Origin: Vicugna vicugna
Taxonomy: Eukaryota
Length of the DNA stretch: 50,881 nt
Reading direction: 5' to 3'
Assembly (NCBI GenBank): GCA_013265495.1
Contig: MU058012.1
Location: 1-50,881 of the forward strand
Part shown: in pieces, positions 24,824 to 37,100 of the stretch
Layout: each line of letters opens with the position of its first letter
Position numbering within the stretch: position 1 is the first letter of the stretch
Notes under the pieces: model-generated
What the model was told of the DNA's origin: nothing
The model's input: only the letters and a program-made list of their open reading frames with translations
The model's database searches: none
Made by a program: the position numbers and the translations under genes

Positions 24824-25904
24824 GTAAGACGCCAGCGTCATCTACTCGTTCTGCCCCCCCAAAATCCTTATGTCTGCAGTCTGCAGACCCTGAAGATCAG
24901 GAGCTGAATGGTCAATTGGGACAGAGGAGACCAGAGAAAGGAGGCCTCTCCTCCATGGTGGCTGCTTTCAGCACAGCTCTGATGACATCCCCTCTCCTTT
25001 GACCCCTGACTCCTGGGATAACTAATTAAAGAGGAAAAGGACAGGATATGGAGGAGGGAGAGACAGGAGAGCTCTGATAACCCATTCATGTTCACTTTCT
25101 TTACCTGTCTGATGTTTGCCTGAGCTCAAGTTCAGGGACATGTTAAAACATCAAGAACTTCTATCTTCACCCCACCCCACTTCCACAAATCAGGTAGGAT
25201 CACAGAATGTCATCATGAGTTGACCAGCCTCTTTTAGCCACCCACTGGAATCCCAACAAATCACTTAAATTTCAGTCTCCAGGTCAGGCCAGGGGAGAGT
25301 CAACCTCCCCCGGGTGCTCTCAAGCCAGCTCTCTGGTTGGTGACCTTGAATAGCCAGGTTTCAGGATCCCCTCCCAGGGGTTCTAACTCCAGACTAATAT
25401 CACTGACACCTGACATCTTAGGAGACCCAACTATGCTAATTCCAGAGGAGGGGGTGATTTTCCATTTTGAAGTTGGCAGGGATATTTACAAAATTGCAGA
25501 CTGTTTCAGGCCAGCCCTGTCTTGCCGGTCATCATATTCCTAACAACCAAGTCTTACTTGTGTAGCCCAAGTGATATGATTAATGTCAACACTAAATCTG
25601 AGCTCCTGTTCACAGCTGACGGTTTCAGAGCTGGCCTGGAGTCAGGTCCTGTGCAGCAACAGGAGTGTAGCCTGTGCTAACGTGCACGGGGGCTTCCAGC
25701 TTCTCAGTGTTCATACCTAATGGCCTCATTGTGAGCTGACATCTGCTGGAGGGTTTTAGATGCTTTAACTGGTGGGGTAGGGAGAATTGAGTCCAAAAAT
25801 AGTTGAGAAGATGGTAAAATCCTATTTTGGGTTGTTAGGAGCCACAAAGCCCGGGGGGCTTTCAGATTTCTGACCATTGTCAGAGAGCCTGTTTCTCTTC
25901 CCAG

Positions 25905-26043
25905 GGAGAGTCCATGAAAAGGGAGCTTCTAGAGCTGAAAACCAAACTATCCAAACAGGAGAGTCTCCTTCAGAGCACGGCAGAGCGTCTGAAGACTGCC
26001 AACCAGCAGAAGGAGAGCATGGAGCAGTTCATCTTCAGCCAGT
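25905..26043 (+). CDS. PDE4DIP: PDE4DIP exon, start of CM2-like C-terminal coil
   Basis: GESMKRELLELKTKLSKQESLLQSTAERLKTANQQKESMEQFIFSQ; cttcccag and gtgggt sites. Confidence 0.93.
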
Positions 26044-26330
26044 GTGGGTGTCCCCCTACCACGGAATAGGACACAAGATGGGGGAACTTGCAGACTCCCC
26101 GCTTGTGCTGTGGATGCAGAGTGACCAGAGAGGCTAGGGAAAGGGGGAGACTGATGTGACATCCGTGAACCTCCCGTTTCATCAGTAATCATGGATGCTG
26201 GGGGTGGTGTTGGGGGGCAGCAGGAGACCCCAAGCTGAGTGGCCAGAAAGAAAGCTTTAGAGCACACACCCAAGGCAAGTATGGGCCCCCCTGGTAACTT
26301 CTCCCTTGTGGGGCTGTTTTCGTTTTTCAG

Positions 26331-26377
26331 TGACCCGGACACACGATGTTTTGAAGAAGGCAAGGACTAATTTGGAG
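26331..26377 (+). CDS. PDE4DIP: PDE4DIP 47-nt exon, CM2-like motif
   Basis: LTRTHDVLKKARTNLE, resembles the CDK5RAP2/centrosomin CM2 motif; tttttcag and gtaagg sites. Confidence 0.93.
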
Positions 26378-27258
26378 GTAAGGAAACCACAGCATTAGTC
26401 AGAGCCATAGAGCCTGCTTCAAACCCTTCAGCATCTGTCATCAGAGTCGGGAGGTCATCTCTGACCTTCCCTGACCTTCCAGGAGAGACTTCTGGTCCAC
26501 TTGCAGGAGCACAGGTCCTCAATGAGCATCTGTCCAATTTCCACCCCATCAGCACTCCCACCCCAATCAGCAACCTCCCCTGCCATCTAGGTTCACTCTC
26601 ACTTTGTCATCACCTTCTCTTTACTGCAATATTCTCTCCTTCATGCCAAGTCAAGAGTGTGGAGAAATGCAATTCAGTTGATTCTCGAGGTCAGAGGACA
26701 TAAGGGGTCTGCCTCTGTGTTAAGATTTCAGTAAAGGGATCCTGAGGTCACTCATGTGTTCTGGGGTTTCCTGTACCACTTTATGAAAAAATAACTGCAA
26801 GATACAGCCTACTAAACAGATTTCACTATACAGTATGGAGCTGAGAACAGCATTGGGATTTTGGCAGAGTTTTCTTCAAGCAACAACACAAAAGAAAATC
26901 ATTGGGTCTTACTGATCTAAAAAAGAACAGGGTAATAAACTAAAGGGAAGATTTTACATATATGGGAGACATTCTCTGTTTATTGAAAACACTAACACCT
27001 TCTTTAGGAACCACTTTGAAGAAAACTTGAGGTGTTAAGAAATGACTTAAAAATCAGAAATTAAACCTTTTACACTGGCCATCGAAGCTTTACCATAAGT
27101 AACTGAGCATATGCCTAGGAATGTTCCTAAACTGTAATCTAGAGAATGTTGACCTCACAGTGTCAAAATGGGTTGGGCCATAATTTAACTCTGCCTTTTT
27201 GTGTGCTAATTCCTTTTGTTTTTCTCTGATGATTCCTTTCTTTCCTGAGCCTTTTTAG

Positions 27259-27310
27259 AAGAACACTTACAGGATTGCCTCTGTAAAGCCTTATTCCTGT
27301 CCCAGCAAAG
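27259..27310 (+). CDS. PDE4DIP: Putative 52-nt alternative cassette exon of PDE4DIP
   Basis: Long pyrimidine tract ending ctttttag, AAG/gtaacc donor; open in phase 0 (KNTYRIASVKPYSCPSK) and stays open after joining 27971. Confidence 0.55.
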
Positions 27311-27384
27311 GTAACCCAATAGCCTCTGGTACCCGCTGGCTTCCCTAATTTGGAAGAGTCCTCTCGACTTCTGCTAGGTCATTG

Positions 27385-27500
27385 GAAAGGGCCCGAGGAC
27401 TGAGTTCTAATCCCAGGCTTGTCACTAACTGGCTGTGTGGCTTTTGCTGACCTCAGTCTCTGTGAGCCTGCTGCCCCTCATCTGTAAGAGGTGGCACCAA
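27385..27500 (+). mobile_element. MIR fragment
   Basis: gagttctaatcccagg...cactaactggctgtgtg...cctcatctgtaa. Confidence 0.55.
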
Positions 27501-27970
27501 GAAGGTCTCTGATGTCCCTGCTGACGTGGCCCGTCCCACTCCTCCTTAAGTCACAGGACACAAAAGGGGGACTTCCCTGCAAAATGCCCTCTCCTTCCTC
27601 CAACAGGCTGTTTCTATATGTGCATGTTTCATGCTAAGCTGTTTTCCTGTTTATCACAAAAGCCATCCTTTGGCTCCAAGGTGAATTGGAGAGGGAACTG
27701 GTCCCTCAAGAGGGAGTGGTAGGATCATGCCACCTGGTGTGCAGTGGCTTTGAGCAGACGTATCACCACAGGAGGGTGCGGGGGGCTTTTCCACTAACCT
27801 GGTGGCACCAGTTGCTCCTCCAGACCTCAGCATACCCCCTCAGCTCATCCTGTTAATAGGCTCTCACGGAGCTCCTGGCTTCTGTCACCAATCAGCTCTC
27901 TCTGCAGCCTCAGTTAGCCACCAGCAGGGCCTGATAATGCCTTCTTACTTTATGCAATTTTGGTCTCCAG

Positions 27971-28012
27971 GTAAAATCCCTAAGGGCATTGCCGGGCTCT
28001 TCAGTCCTGTGA
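27971..28012 (+). CDS. PDE4DIP: PDE4DIP terminal exon coding part, proximal acceptor
   Basis: VKSLRALPGSSVL-stop; matches recalled human ending VKSLRALPCTPAL; tctccag acceptor. Confidence 0.9.
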   Translation, partial: VKSLRALPGSSVL

Positions 28013-28026
28013 CGCTTGCCTTCCAG

Positions 28027-28116
28027 GAGCCATGCAAGAAGCGAAGCCACCAGAGGTCCTTAAAACAGCAGGCAGGATGGGCCTGCCCCGCTTTTGCACA
28101 GCTCCCTGTCTGCTGA
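28027..28116 (+). CDS. PDE4DIP: PDE4DIP alternative C-terminus, distal acceptor
   Basis: cttgccttccag acceptor; EPCKKRSHQRSLKQQAGWACPAFAQLPVC-stop, similar to a recalled human isoform ending. Confidence 0.8.
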   Translation, partial: EPCKKRSHQRSLKQQAGWACPAFAQLPVC

Positions 28117-29001
28117 GGAGGATATGAGTCTCACTCCTCCACACCTACTGGAGGGTCTGGAAAGAGTCCAAGATGACGCCTGGTGGGGCAGTGCCAAAAG
28201 GCAGTGGGCCTTTCCTGCAGCTGTGGAATAACCAGCCAAGGTCCACTTGGCCCAGCACTGAGCAAAACACGCATAGTTTGTAGAGGACTTCGTGACACTG
28301 CTTCTGGACGCCCCAGTGCCATGGGAACCAGCAACAGCACATTTCTCACCTCAGCTTGATCCTCAGATGGTCAACTCAGGGCAGACAGGACCTGCTTCCT
28401 AGGATCGGAGCTGTGGTTCTGACACTGGAGCCCCTCGGCAGATCTAAAAGCACACGACTGAGCGGCGATGCCCTGACAGACAGTGTTGACGGGGCCCCGA
28501 TGACCTGACCGGGGGCCAGCACAGCTGGGTCGGTCAGGATTGGCGTCAGTCTACACTGCAGCACCCGAGTTCTTGGGATCCACGTGGTGAGAGCTTTGAC
28601 TTGCAGATGCCATCTCATGCTTACCCTGGTACTTCCTATTTCTATTCTCATATGATCTCCAAAAGTTTACTGACCTCATTCTAAATTTGCTGTTCCATTT
28701 GGTCATCTTAACCTCCCTCTTGGATTTGGGGATGAATGGCCACACCAAGCCACTGAAAATCTTGAGTAAAGCAAACCAGTGATCACTTGTAAGTGACATG
28801 TGAGCACTCACCAGTTGTCCTAAAGCCTAGTCTGTGTCTTCACAGTGCTTTAGAATGTGTGTATGTGTATAAATGTATGATATATATTTATATATGTTGC
28901 TATAGTGGTACGTTGGAGGCCAATATAACTGGTGGACAGGGTTGGTGAGAGGAAATGAAACAGTCTTTTTGGTGGCTATTAAAGCAGAATGTGTATAAAG
29001 A

Positions 29002-29007
29002 AATAAA
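29002..29007 (+). terminator. Polyadenylation signal of PDE4DIP (3' UTR ~28013/28117 to ~29030)
   Basis: AATAAA followed by T-rich tract; ATTAAA also at 28978-28983. Confidence 0.75.
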
Positions 29008-29106
29008 GTTGCTCTTTGCCTGCTTTATTTCCAATTTCTGCACTAGTCCCTAGGCTGAGTATGTAAGAATAGGAAAGACAGACTGGCATTAGGAAGCTCA
29101 GAGTCT

Positions 29107-32100
29107 GAGGCAGGATCAAGATGGCAAAGTAAGAGGAAATGAAGCTCACCTCACCACACAAACACACAAGAATACGACTATATGTGGAACAATTCTCACC
29201 TAAAACTGCAAAATAGCAAAAGATCTCCTATATAACCAAGGCTGCGCGAAAGATCTCCACGTAACCAGGTAGGATGGGGGCAGAAGGCATCAGGTCAGGA
29301 CCTGTGTCCCTGGGAGGGATCTGTAAGGAGGAGAAGGTCTATGCAGGTGGACCCTCACCCTGGGGAGTCAGCGGGTTGAGCCATCATCTGAGCATCCCAG
29401 TCCTGGGGTCCTACGTGGAGGAGACAGGCCCCCATGCCTCCTGGGAAATTCACTGAGACAGATGCTAGAAGGGCTGGAGAAGCCTAGGCTCTACTTACTT
29501 ACCAAGGGTGCACATGCGCTGGCTTACAAATAGTCAGAGTGAGAGAGCCTTGCACTGGCAGCAGCCACCTTGCTTCACTTCCCAGTCAGAGGGGGGTGAC
29601 CACTCCAGCCCCACTCACCCCATACCACAGCCTGCCACAGGATCTTGGCAAAGACTTGGTCTAGCTGCACAGAAACAGACTGGGGATGTGATCTGGGCAG
29701 GGTCTTGGAGGCCACAGTCCATGCATACACGGGGCGGTGGTAGTATTCACAGTGGACACTCTCAGCTTGCGCACAAGGCGGTACACAGGACCAGAGTGCC
29801 TAAGGGCTGACAGACAGGCCCTGGGAGAGAAGTCGTCTAGCTATGCAAGACAGCCCAGAGGGCCTGGGGTGTGGTCTGAGTGGGGCAGTGATGCCCATTG
29901 TCAATGCTCTTAGGCATACTCAGCAGGTCTCCCAGCAAGAGCACCCTACTCTACCCACCCCACACAGCAGCTTAGGGCTAGATCTGGGGCAGACAGGTCC
30001 TCAAAGAAGTTTGCAACAGAAGCAGCCCAGATCTCAAGTGGCAGCACAGCCACCTCAATTCCTGCAGCTACAACAGCCCAACCCCTTCCACACCACAGCC
30101 TTACACTAGATCTGGGCCAAATAAACAGAGAAAAGGACGCAGCCTTGGGCTGCTTTTGAGCGGAACTGTGAAAGCCTACACAGGCAGCATACACAGCCTC
30201 TGTGACCACGCAGGCGGCACCTGCTTCAGCCATCACCTCCTCTGGGGCAAGGCATGCACTCAAGGGCAACAGAGTCTGATCGAACCCAACCCTCAAGGCT
30301 TTTACTCCAACTGGGAGTGGACCCCACCCCTGACAGGGCAGTGACACAGAGCAGAGAGGAAGCCCCACCTCACATCCAGCCCAGGCTCTAGATACCACAT
30401 CAACCACACCCCCCTGTAAGGGGATAATGGCGCACAAACCCTCAGAAAGGAGTGGCTGGCATCCATACTGAAACCAGCCCTCAAACCAGAAATACTGCAT
30501 ACACACAGTCTACACAGGGACACTCACTCATAAGAACACCCCTTCAAGACCACAGTAGATAACTGTTTCTCCTGAATCCATACAGAGACAAATAAAATGA
30601 AAAGACAGAGGAACTACTAGCAATTAAGAAAAAAGAAATCTGCTGAAAGAGCAAAGAATGAAACTTAGCTCACCAGTCTACTAGACCTCAGGTTCAAAGA
30701 GCAGATAATACAAATGCTAACTGAATTAAGAAGAATGGTCAATAGAAATGTAGGTCACTGTAACAAGGAACTACAAACTATAAAGATGAACCAATCAGAA
30801 ATAGGCAATTCAATTGCCAAAGCAATACTGAAGAAAAAGAATGAAGCCGGAGGAATAACCAACCCCCCCAGACTGCAGACAATACTACAGAGATACAGTA
30901 AGCAAAACAGCGTGGTAGTGGCATAAAAACAGACATATGGATCCATGGGACAGAATACAGAGCCCAGAAATAAATCTACAAACCTATGGTCAATTAATCT
31001 TTGACTAAGGAGGCAAGACTATATAATGGAGAAAAGACAGTCTCTTCAGCAAGTGATGTTGGGAAAACTGGGCAGCAGCATGTAAGTCAATTAAGGTAGA
31101 ACACTCCCCAACTCCAAACACAAAAATAAATGCAAAATGACTTAAAGGCTTAAATGTAAGACTAGACACGATTAATCTCCGAGAAGAAAACATAGGCAAA
31201 ACATTATCTGATGTAAATCTTAGCAATGTTCTCCTAGGGAAGTCTACCCAGGCAATAGAAATAAGAGCAAAAATTAACAAATGGGACTTCATTAAATATA
31301 CAAGCTTTTGCACAGCAATGGAAACCATAGTGAAAACAAAAACAACAACCTACAGAATGGGAGAAAATATTTGCAAAAGGTGAGACTGACAAAGGCTTAA
31401 TTTCTAGAATATATAAACAGCTCATACAACTTAATAATAAAATACAAACAACCCAATCCAAAAATGGGCAGAAGATCTAAACAAGCAATTCTCCAGNNNN
31501 NNNNNNNNNNNNNNNNNNNNNNNNNNNNNNNNNNNNNNNNNNNNNNNNNNNNNNNNNNNNNNNNNNNNNNNNNNNNNNNNNNNNNNNNNNNNNNNNNNNN
31601 NNNNNNNNNNNNNNNNNNNNNNNNNNNNNNNNNNNNNNNNNNNTGCTGATGGGAATTTGGTGCAGCCATTGTGGAAAACAGTATGGAGATTCGTCAAAAG
31701 ACTAAAAACAGATTTACCATATGATCCAGCAATCCCACTCCTGGGCATATATCCAGAGGGAAACTTAATTCAAAAAGATACATGACGGGGGAGGGTATAG
31801 CTCAGTGGCAGCATGCATGCTTAACATGGACGAGTTCTAGCGTTCAATCCCCAGTACCTCTTCTAAGAATAAACAAACAGATAAACCTAATTACCTAATT
31901 ACCACAAAAAAAGAAAACAAAACAAAAAACAAACAAAAAGGTACACACACTCCAGTGTCTATAGCAGCAGTATTTACAATAGCCAAGACATGGAAGCAAT
32001 CTAAATGTCCATTGACAGATGACTGGATAAAGAAGTCCTGGTATATTTATACAACGGAATACTACTCAGCCATAAAGAAGAGTAATTATTTTATTTTGCT

Positions 32101-32515
32101 GTCACTTGCAGCAACATGGATGGACTTGGAGATTGTCATTCTAAATGAAGTAAGCCAGAAAGAGAAAGAAAAATACCATATAATATCACTTATATGTGGA
32201 ATCTAAAGGAAAAAAAAGAACTTATTTACAAAACAGACACACTCACAGACAGAAAATAAACTTATGGTCACCAGGTGGAGAAGGGGGTGGGAACGGACAC
32301 ACTGGGAGTTTGAGATTTGCAGATACTAACTAACATATATAAAACAGATAAACAAGTTCATACTGTATCTCACAGGGAACTATATTCAATATCTTGCAGT
32401 AACCTATGGTGAAAAAGAGTATCAAAATGAATATATGTATGTTCATGCATGACTGAAGCATTATACTTTACACTAGAAATTGACACATTGTAAACTGACT
32501 ATACTTCAATAAAAA
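29107..32515 (+). mobile_element. LINE-1: 5' UTR plus ORF1 start joined to ORF2 3' part, 3' UTR and poly(A) signal; decayed
   Basis: caagatggc...gaagctcacctc...tgtggaacaattctca 5' end; ORF1 MKRQRNY.. from 30597; ORF2 motifs AKAILKKKNEAGGIT, AKTWKQSKCP and AATWMDLE; ends cttcaataaaaa; contains gap 31497-31643. Confidence 0.85.
31787..31940 (+). mobile_element. tRNA-derived SINE, camelid Vic-1-like, nested in L1
   Basis: ggggagggtatagctcagtgg (A box)...gttcaatccccagtacc (B box), A-rich tail, degenerate TSD aaaaagatacat/aaaaaggtacac. Confidence 0.85.
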
Positions 32516-33117
32516 TAGACTCTGCTTGCAGAATGGAAGCTGCCCTACTCTAAACCTCCCTTGACCTCATGCCGGACACACACACATACCCCAGCCTCCT
32601 CTGTCATCCTCCAGCCTCCTCTATTCCCACAAGAACAAACTCTCATCCCCCAACCCCACACCCACTGATGCCCTGATTCTGGGGAATCTTCCCTTTTTCT
32701 CTGGGTCTCCACAGACTTACACACAGATTCCTCACCAGCAGACAAACCCACATCTTGTGGTTCTGGAGACTCCAAATCACAGAAGCCTCCCAGGAGAAGA
32801 AGAAATGCAGGCCATGTGGGGTCACAGGGTCATCGTACAGAATATGAATCCAGCTGTCCTAAGTCATGCTAGGATGATATCTGTGAAGATGTCGAACTTG
32901 TTCAAAACAAACTCTGGGAAAGATCCTTGGTTCAAGTCATTGTTACATGGAATAAATTATACTATGAAATCCTACGTCAGGTGGTTAAATCCTCATTCTA
33001 AAGTCACAAATCAGCCTTAACGAGGGCAAAGCAGGTGTTAAGTGCTAATTACAAGAAATGAAAAACGGACAGGCCCAGAAAGGAGAAGCTGCTTGGGCCA
33101 ATGGCCAGGTAACATCC

Positions 33118-33523
33118 TGTATTAGTCAGCTTGGGCTGCCATAAAAAAAATATCATAGACTGGGTGGCTTAACCAGCGATCTGTTTTCACACATTCTGGA
33201 GGCTGGAGGTCCAAGATCAAGACTGAACTGTCCTGCCAATTCAGCTTCTGGTGAGAGCTCCCTTCCTGGCTTGCAGACAGCCCATGCCTCCCTGTGTCCT
33301 CACATGGTCTTTTCCTGAAGCTTATGCTGGAACAGGGTAGGAGCCCAAGCTTCCTGGTACTTTTCCTTGTAAGGACACTAATCCTATCAGATCAGGGCGC
33401 AAGTCAATGACTTTATTTAATCTTAATTACTTCCTTAATGGTCCCTTCTGCAAATACAGCCCACTGGGGATTAGGGTTCAAGATATGCATTTTTGGGGGG
33501 ATGCATACATTCAGTTCATAACA
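33118..33523 (-). mobile_element. MLT1A/B-like MaLR solo LTR
   Basis: tgtattagtc...gggctgccata...ttctggaggctggaggtccaagatcaag...cattcagttcataaca. Confidence 0.85.
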
Positions 33524-33797
33524 CCCTACCCAACCTCCTCCCCTTGTGAAGGTGTCTGCAGCTCTCAGCTCTGGCCCCTGGGAACTTCCCAGGGACTGAC
33601 TGGGTCCTCAGATTCCTCTCCCAGCAGACTGTCTCCTTCTCTCTTCCCTGATGCAAATGCCTCGACATGGGCACAGCTGTTGGCTGGCTGGCACTCAAAG
33701 CAGCGGGCTGGGTGGCTTTCACCTGGCTGGCTTTCGGAAGAGAAGGGCTCCCACTCACTGACAAGCTTGCAGAAATGCGTTCACGGAAGAGAGTGCC

Positions 33798-34276
33798 TGT
33801 GTCAGAAGAATAACTCGTCCTTAATGTGTCCACATCCGAATCCCTGGAATTTGTGAATATGTTACTTGACATGGCAAAAGACACTGCAAGTGTGATTAAA
33901 TTAAGGATCTTGAGATGGAGAGATTTTCCTGGACAGTCCAATGGAATCACAGGGGTCCAGGCGTATCAGAGAAAGAGGGAGGAAGGAGAGTCAGTGTCAC
34001 AATAATGTGATGTGAGAATTACTCAATCAGCCATGACTGGCTTTGAAGATGGAAGGCGCTATGAGACAAGAACTTGGGCACATTGCATGTGCTGGAAAAG
34101 GCAAAGAAACAGACTCCCCTCCAAGTCTCCAGTGTGACCCTGTTGTCACACTGAATTTAACCCAGCAAGATGCATCTCAGCCTTCTGATCCCCAGAACCA
34201 TAAGCTACCAATGTGTGTTGTTTTAAGCCACAAAGTTCATGGTAATGTGTTACACTAGCAATTGGAAACTCCTAGA
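33798..34276 (+). mobile_element. MLT1D-like MaLR solo LTR
   Basis: gtgaatatgttac...gtgattaaattaaggatcttgagatgggaga...ctggctttgaagatgga...tgtgttgttttaagccac. Confidence 0.85.
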
Positions 34277-34956
34277 GTGAACACTGAGGGACAGAGAGAA
34301 TTGAAAACCAGTTCTGGTGGCTATTTGTCATCATGGCTTTAAAACGACTACTCTAGTCCCAGAAATGTGAACTTTCAAACATTTCAATTCTCAGTGTAGA
34401 TAATGTAAATAATACTGAATGATGTACCAACCATCCTCATAAAAAGAGTTGAAATCTTCACCCTGTGCTCAGGGATGAACGTCTAGTACCCTCGGAGGTT
34501 GGGTTGTGCACAGGTGTTATGTTTGGGATGCGGTTGCAGGGGTTTCAGTACCTAGTTTATAATGTTCTGCACAAGGCTGGCTGCAGGGTGTCAGGCATAG
34601 AAGGCTCTTTGGTCATATCTAGGCCATCTAGTATCCGAACCCCCTTTCCATGGATGAGGAACTTCTCACATTCTGAAACTCGAAGGATCACGTCCTTGCT
34701 TTCTTAGTTTTCCTAGGGACTAAGATGTGGGTATCTTACCAAGATCTAGCCCCTCCGCATCACAAAGAACTACTCCAGCTTTTGACATGAGTTGAGAGAC
34801 TCAAGGAGTAGGCCCTGGGGCAATTCTTTCTGTCCCTTGCAACAGCAGAATGTCCCCTCCCTCAAGATTCTTAGTTTAACATCAACCAGGTGTAGCAGAA
34901 GTCATGGAGCCATTGGTGGTGTCTAGTGTCCAGGGCCAGTAGTGTCACCTGGGCAA

Positions 34957-35361
34957 AGCTTACGTTTTATTTGGGACATTAGTGAGGCTTAAGGGAGGAG
35001 CCAGGATACATAGGAGTGTCTGGGGGGTAGGTGGGTGGGGGGAATGAAAAAAAGAAACCAAAACAAAGCAAAACAAAAAACCAGGTAGCTGAACATCAAA
35101 AGATTACTGTTAACTGAAGAAAAACAAGACATCTCAGGTGAATGAATTTAGTGCTTTTCTATATAGGGGAAGTTACGAGATTCTGGGCCGAATGAAACTA
35201 TTCCTTTGATGTGCACCTTAACTATCTAGGGCCAGTCTCCTGTTTTCCTCCCTCCTGAATCCCCTCAGGGTGCACCTTTAGGGGTAGCTGCAGAAGCTAC
35301 TGGCTAGTTGGTCACAACATCCTTTGTTTCCTGATATGGAAGGTGACACCCTTTATCCGCA
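34957..35361 (-). mobile_element. ERV1-class LTR remnant (MER41-like)
   Basis: catcaaaagattactg, ttcctttgatgtgcacct, tgaatcccctcagggtgca and caacatcctttgttt resemble recalled laurasiatherian MER41-like LTRs. Confidence 0.55.
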
Positions 35362-36164
35362 ATATAAGTTGTATATTTGGATACATTGTTTTACAACTTC
35401 TACATTACTTTAATATAGAATTCCTTTCTTGATCACCCAGGACTAAAAGTAAGAACTCAAGCAGGTTGGCAAAATCCATCTCCATTTCAACATCAATGGG
35501 TGGGCTCCTTAAGTGGGTGGCAATCGGGCAGGTTCTCTGGGAGGGTGGGAGGGGAGATGAGGACCCAGGAGCAGGGCGTGAGTTGGAGGAGAGGAGCTGC
35601 CTAAGAGGTCAGGAATGGGGTGGGGCTGATGCAAACCTTGAAGTGCAGTGGTATAATTCCAGGTGATTGCCTGCCATGGGCCATGGAATTCCTCCAGAGG
35701 CAAGATCTCCCTGCTGCTTTTGTGCCTCTGTCCCCTCAGTTGCTCCCTCACACCTCTCTCTCTAAACTCTCCCAGGATCTCCACCAAGGTGATCCTAGCT
35801 TGCTTATTCCCTTTGGCTTTTACCTGGTGCCCCTGGTCTTTCTGTGCCACCTGGAGGGCTACCCTGACTAGGTGCTCTGCCTTGTAGAGTCCAGAGGCTG
35901 AAGGCACAGGCACATGGTTGTGGGGTGATCCCTTACACAAGCTGTGACATCGGAACAGGCTCTAAGGCACCACTTTCAGACATTAGGTTGAGGCACCCCA
36001 AAGTTCAGCGTTCACCGCCAAATCACAGGCTGCCTCCACCCTTTCATCTGGGATTGTCACCTTCTTTCCCCAATCCCCTCACCTCCACTATCCCATAACC
36101 TTGTTTCAGAACACTACTTTCAATCTCCCCTCCAGCCCCGCTGCAGATGATCCCTGCTCTCTCG

Positions 36165-37100
36165 TCTAGCCCCAAGCACTATTAATCTGCTTTCTGCCTC
36201 CACAACTTTGTCATTCCTGGACATTTCGTGTAAGTCAGTATGTAATGCTTTGTAACTAGCTTCTTTCACTCAGCAGTGTTTCTCAGGTTCATTCATGCTC
36301 TAGTTTGAATTGGACTTCTTTCTTTTTTATTACTGAGTAGAATTCCATTGTATAGATATTCCCCATTTTGTGTAACTACATTCACCAGTTGATGTGCTTC
36401 TGAGTTGTTTCCAGTTTTTTGCTAGGATGAAAATACTGCTACTCATGTTGCTGAACAATCTTGTGTGGGCCTCTGTTTTCATTTCTCTTGAATACATTTA
36501 TAGGAGTGGAATTGCTGGGTTTATGGTGAGCTTGTGTTTAACTCTTAAGAAACTGTCAAAGTGGTCTCCGAAGTGGCTGTATCATTTTACATTCCCACCA
36601 GCAATATCTGAGGGTTCAGTTTCTCTGCATTCTCACAAACACTTGGTATTGTCTATCCTATTTGAACATAGTCACACCAGTTGGTGTAAAGTGTTGTTTT
36701 AATGTGTATTTCCCTACTGGCCAATGGCACTAAGCACCTTTTTATATGCTGTAAGCGTATCTGTCTTCTTTGGGAAAACGTCTACTCAAGTCTTTGGCTG
36801 GTTTGAAAAACTGGGTTGCATCTTTCTATTGAGTTGAAATAGTTCTCTAGGTATTAAGAATCACATTCCTTCATTGGATATTTGATCTGCAAATATTTTC
36901 TCCTAGTCTGTGGTTTGTGTTTTCACTTTCTTAGTGGTGTCTTTTGATGTCTGTATTGTCGTTTTGTTGTAGTGTCTTAGAAAACTTTGGGCAACTCAAA
37001 TGTACAATGATTGTTTTCCTTATGTATCCTCTTGAAGTTTTACTTCAGGTCTTACATTTAGATCTGCGATCCACTTTGAGTTAACTGCTGTGTGTGTTGT
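36165..37100 (-). mobile_element. Old LINE-1 3' fragment (L1MB/MC-like)
   Basis: aggagtggaattgctggg, ttttacattcccaccagcaat and tgcaaatattttctcctagtctgtgg. Confidence 0.85.

Noticed and set aside
29274..30523. ORFs on both strands downstream of the gene
   Set aside because: They lie within the L1 5' UTR and show no protein similarity
34957..35361. MER41-like LTR as an interferon-inducible enhancer
   Set aside because: I found no intact TTCNNNGAA motif and the family call is tentative
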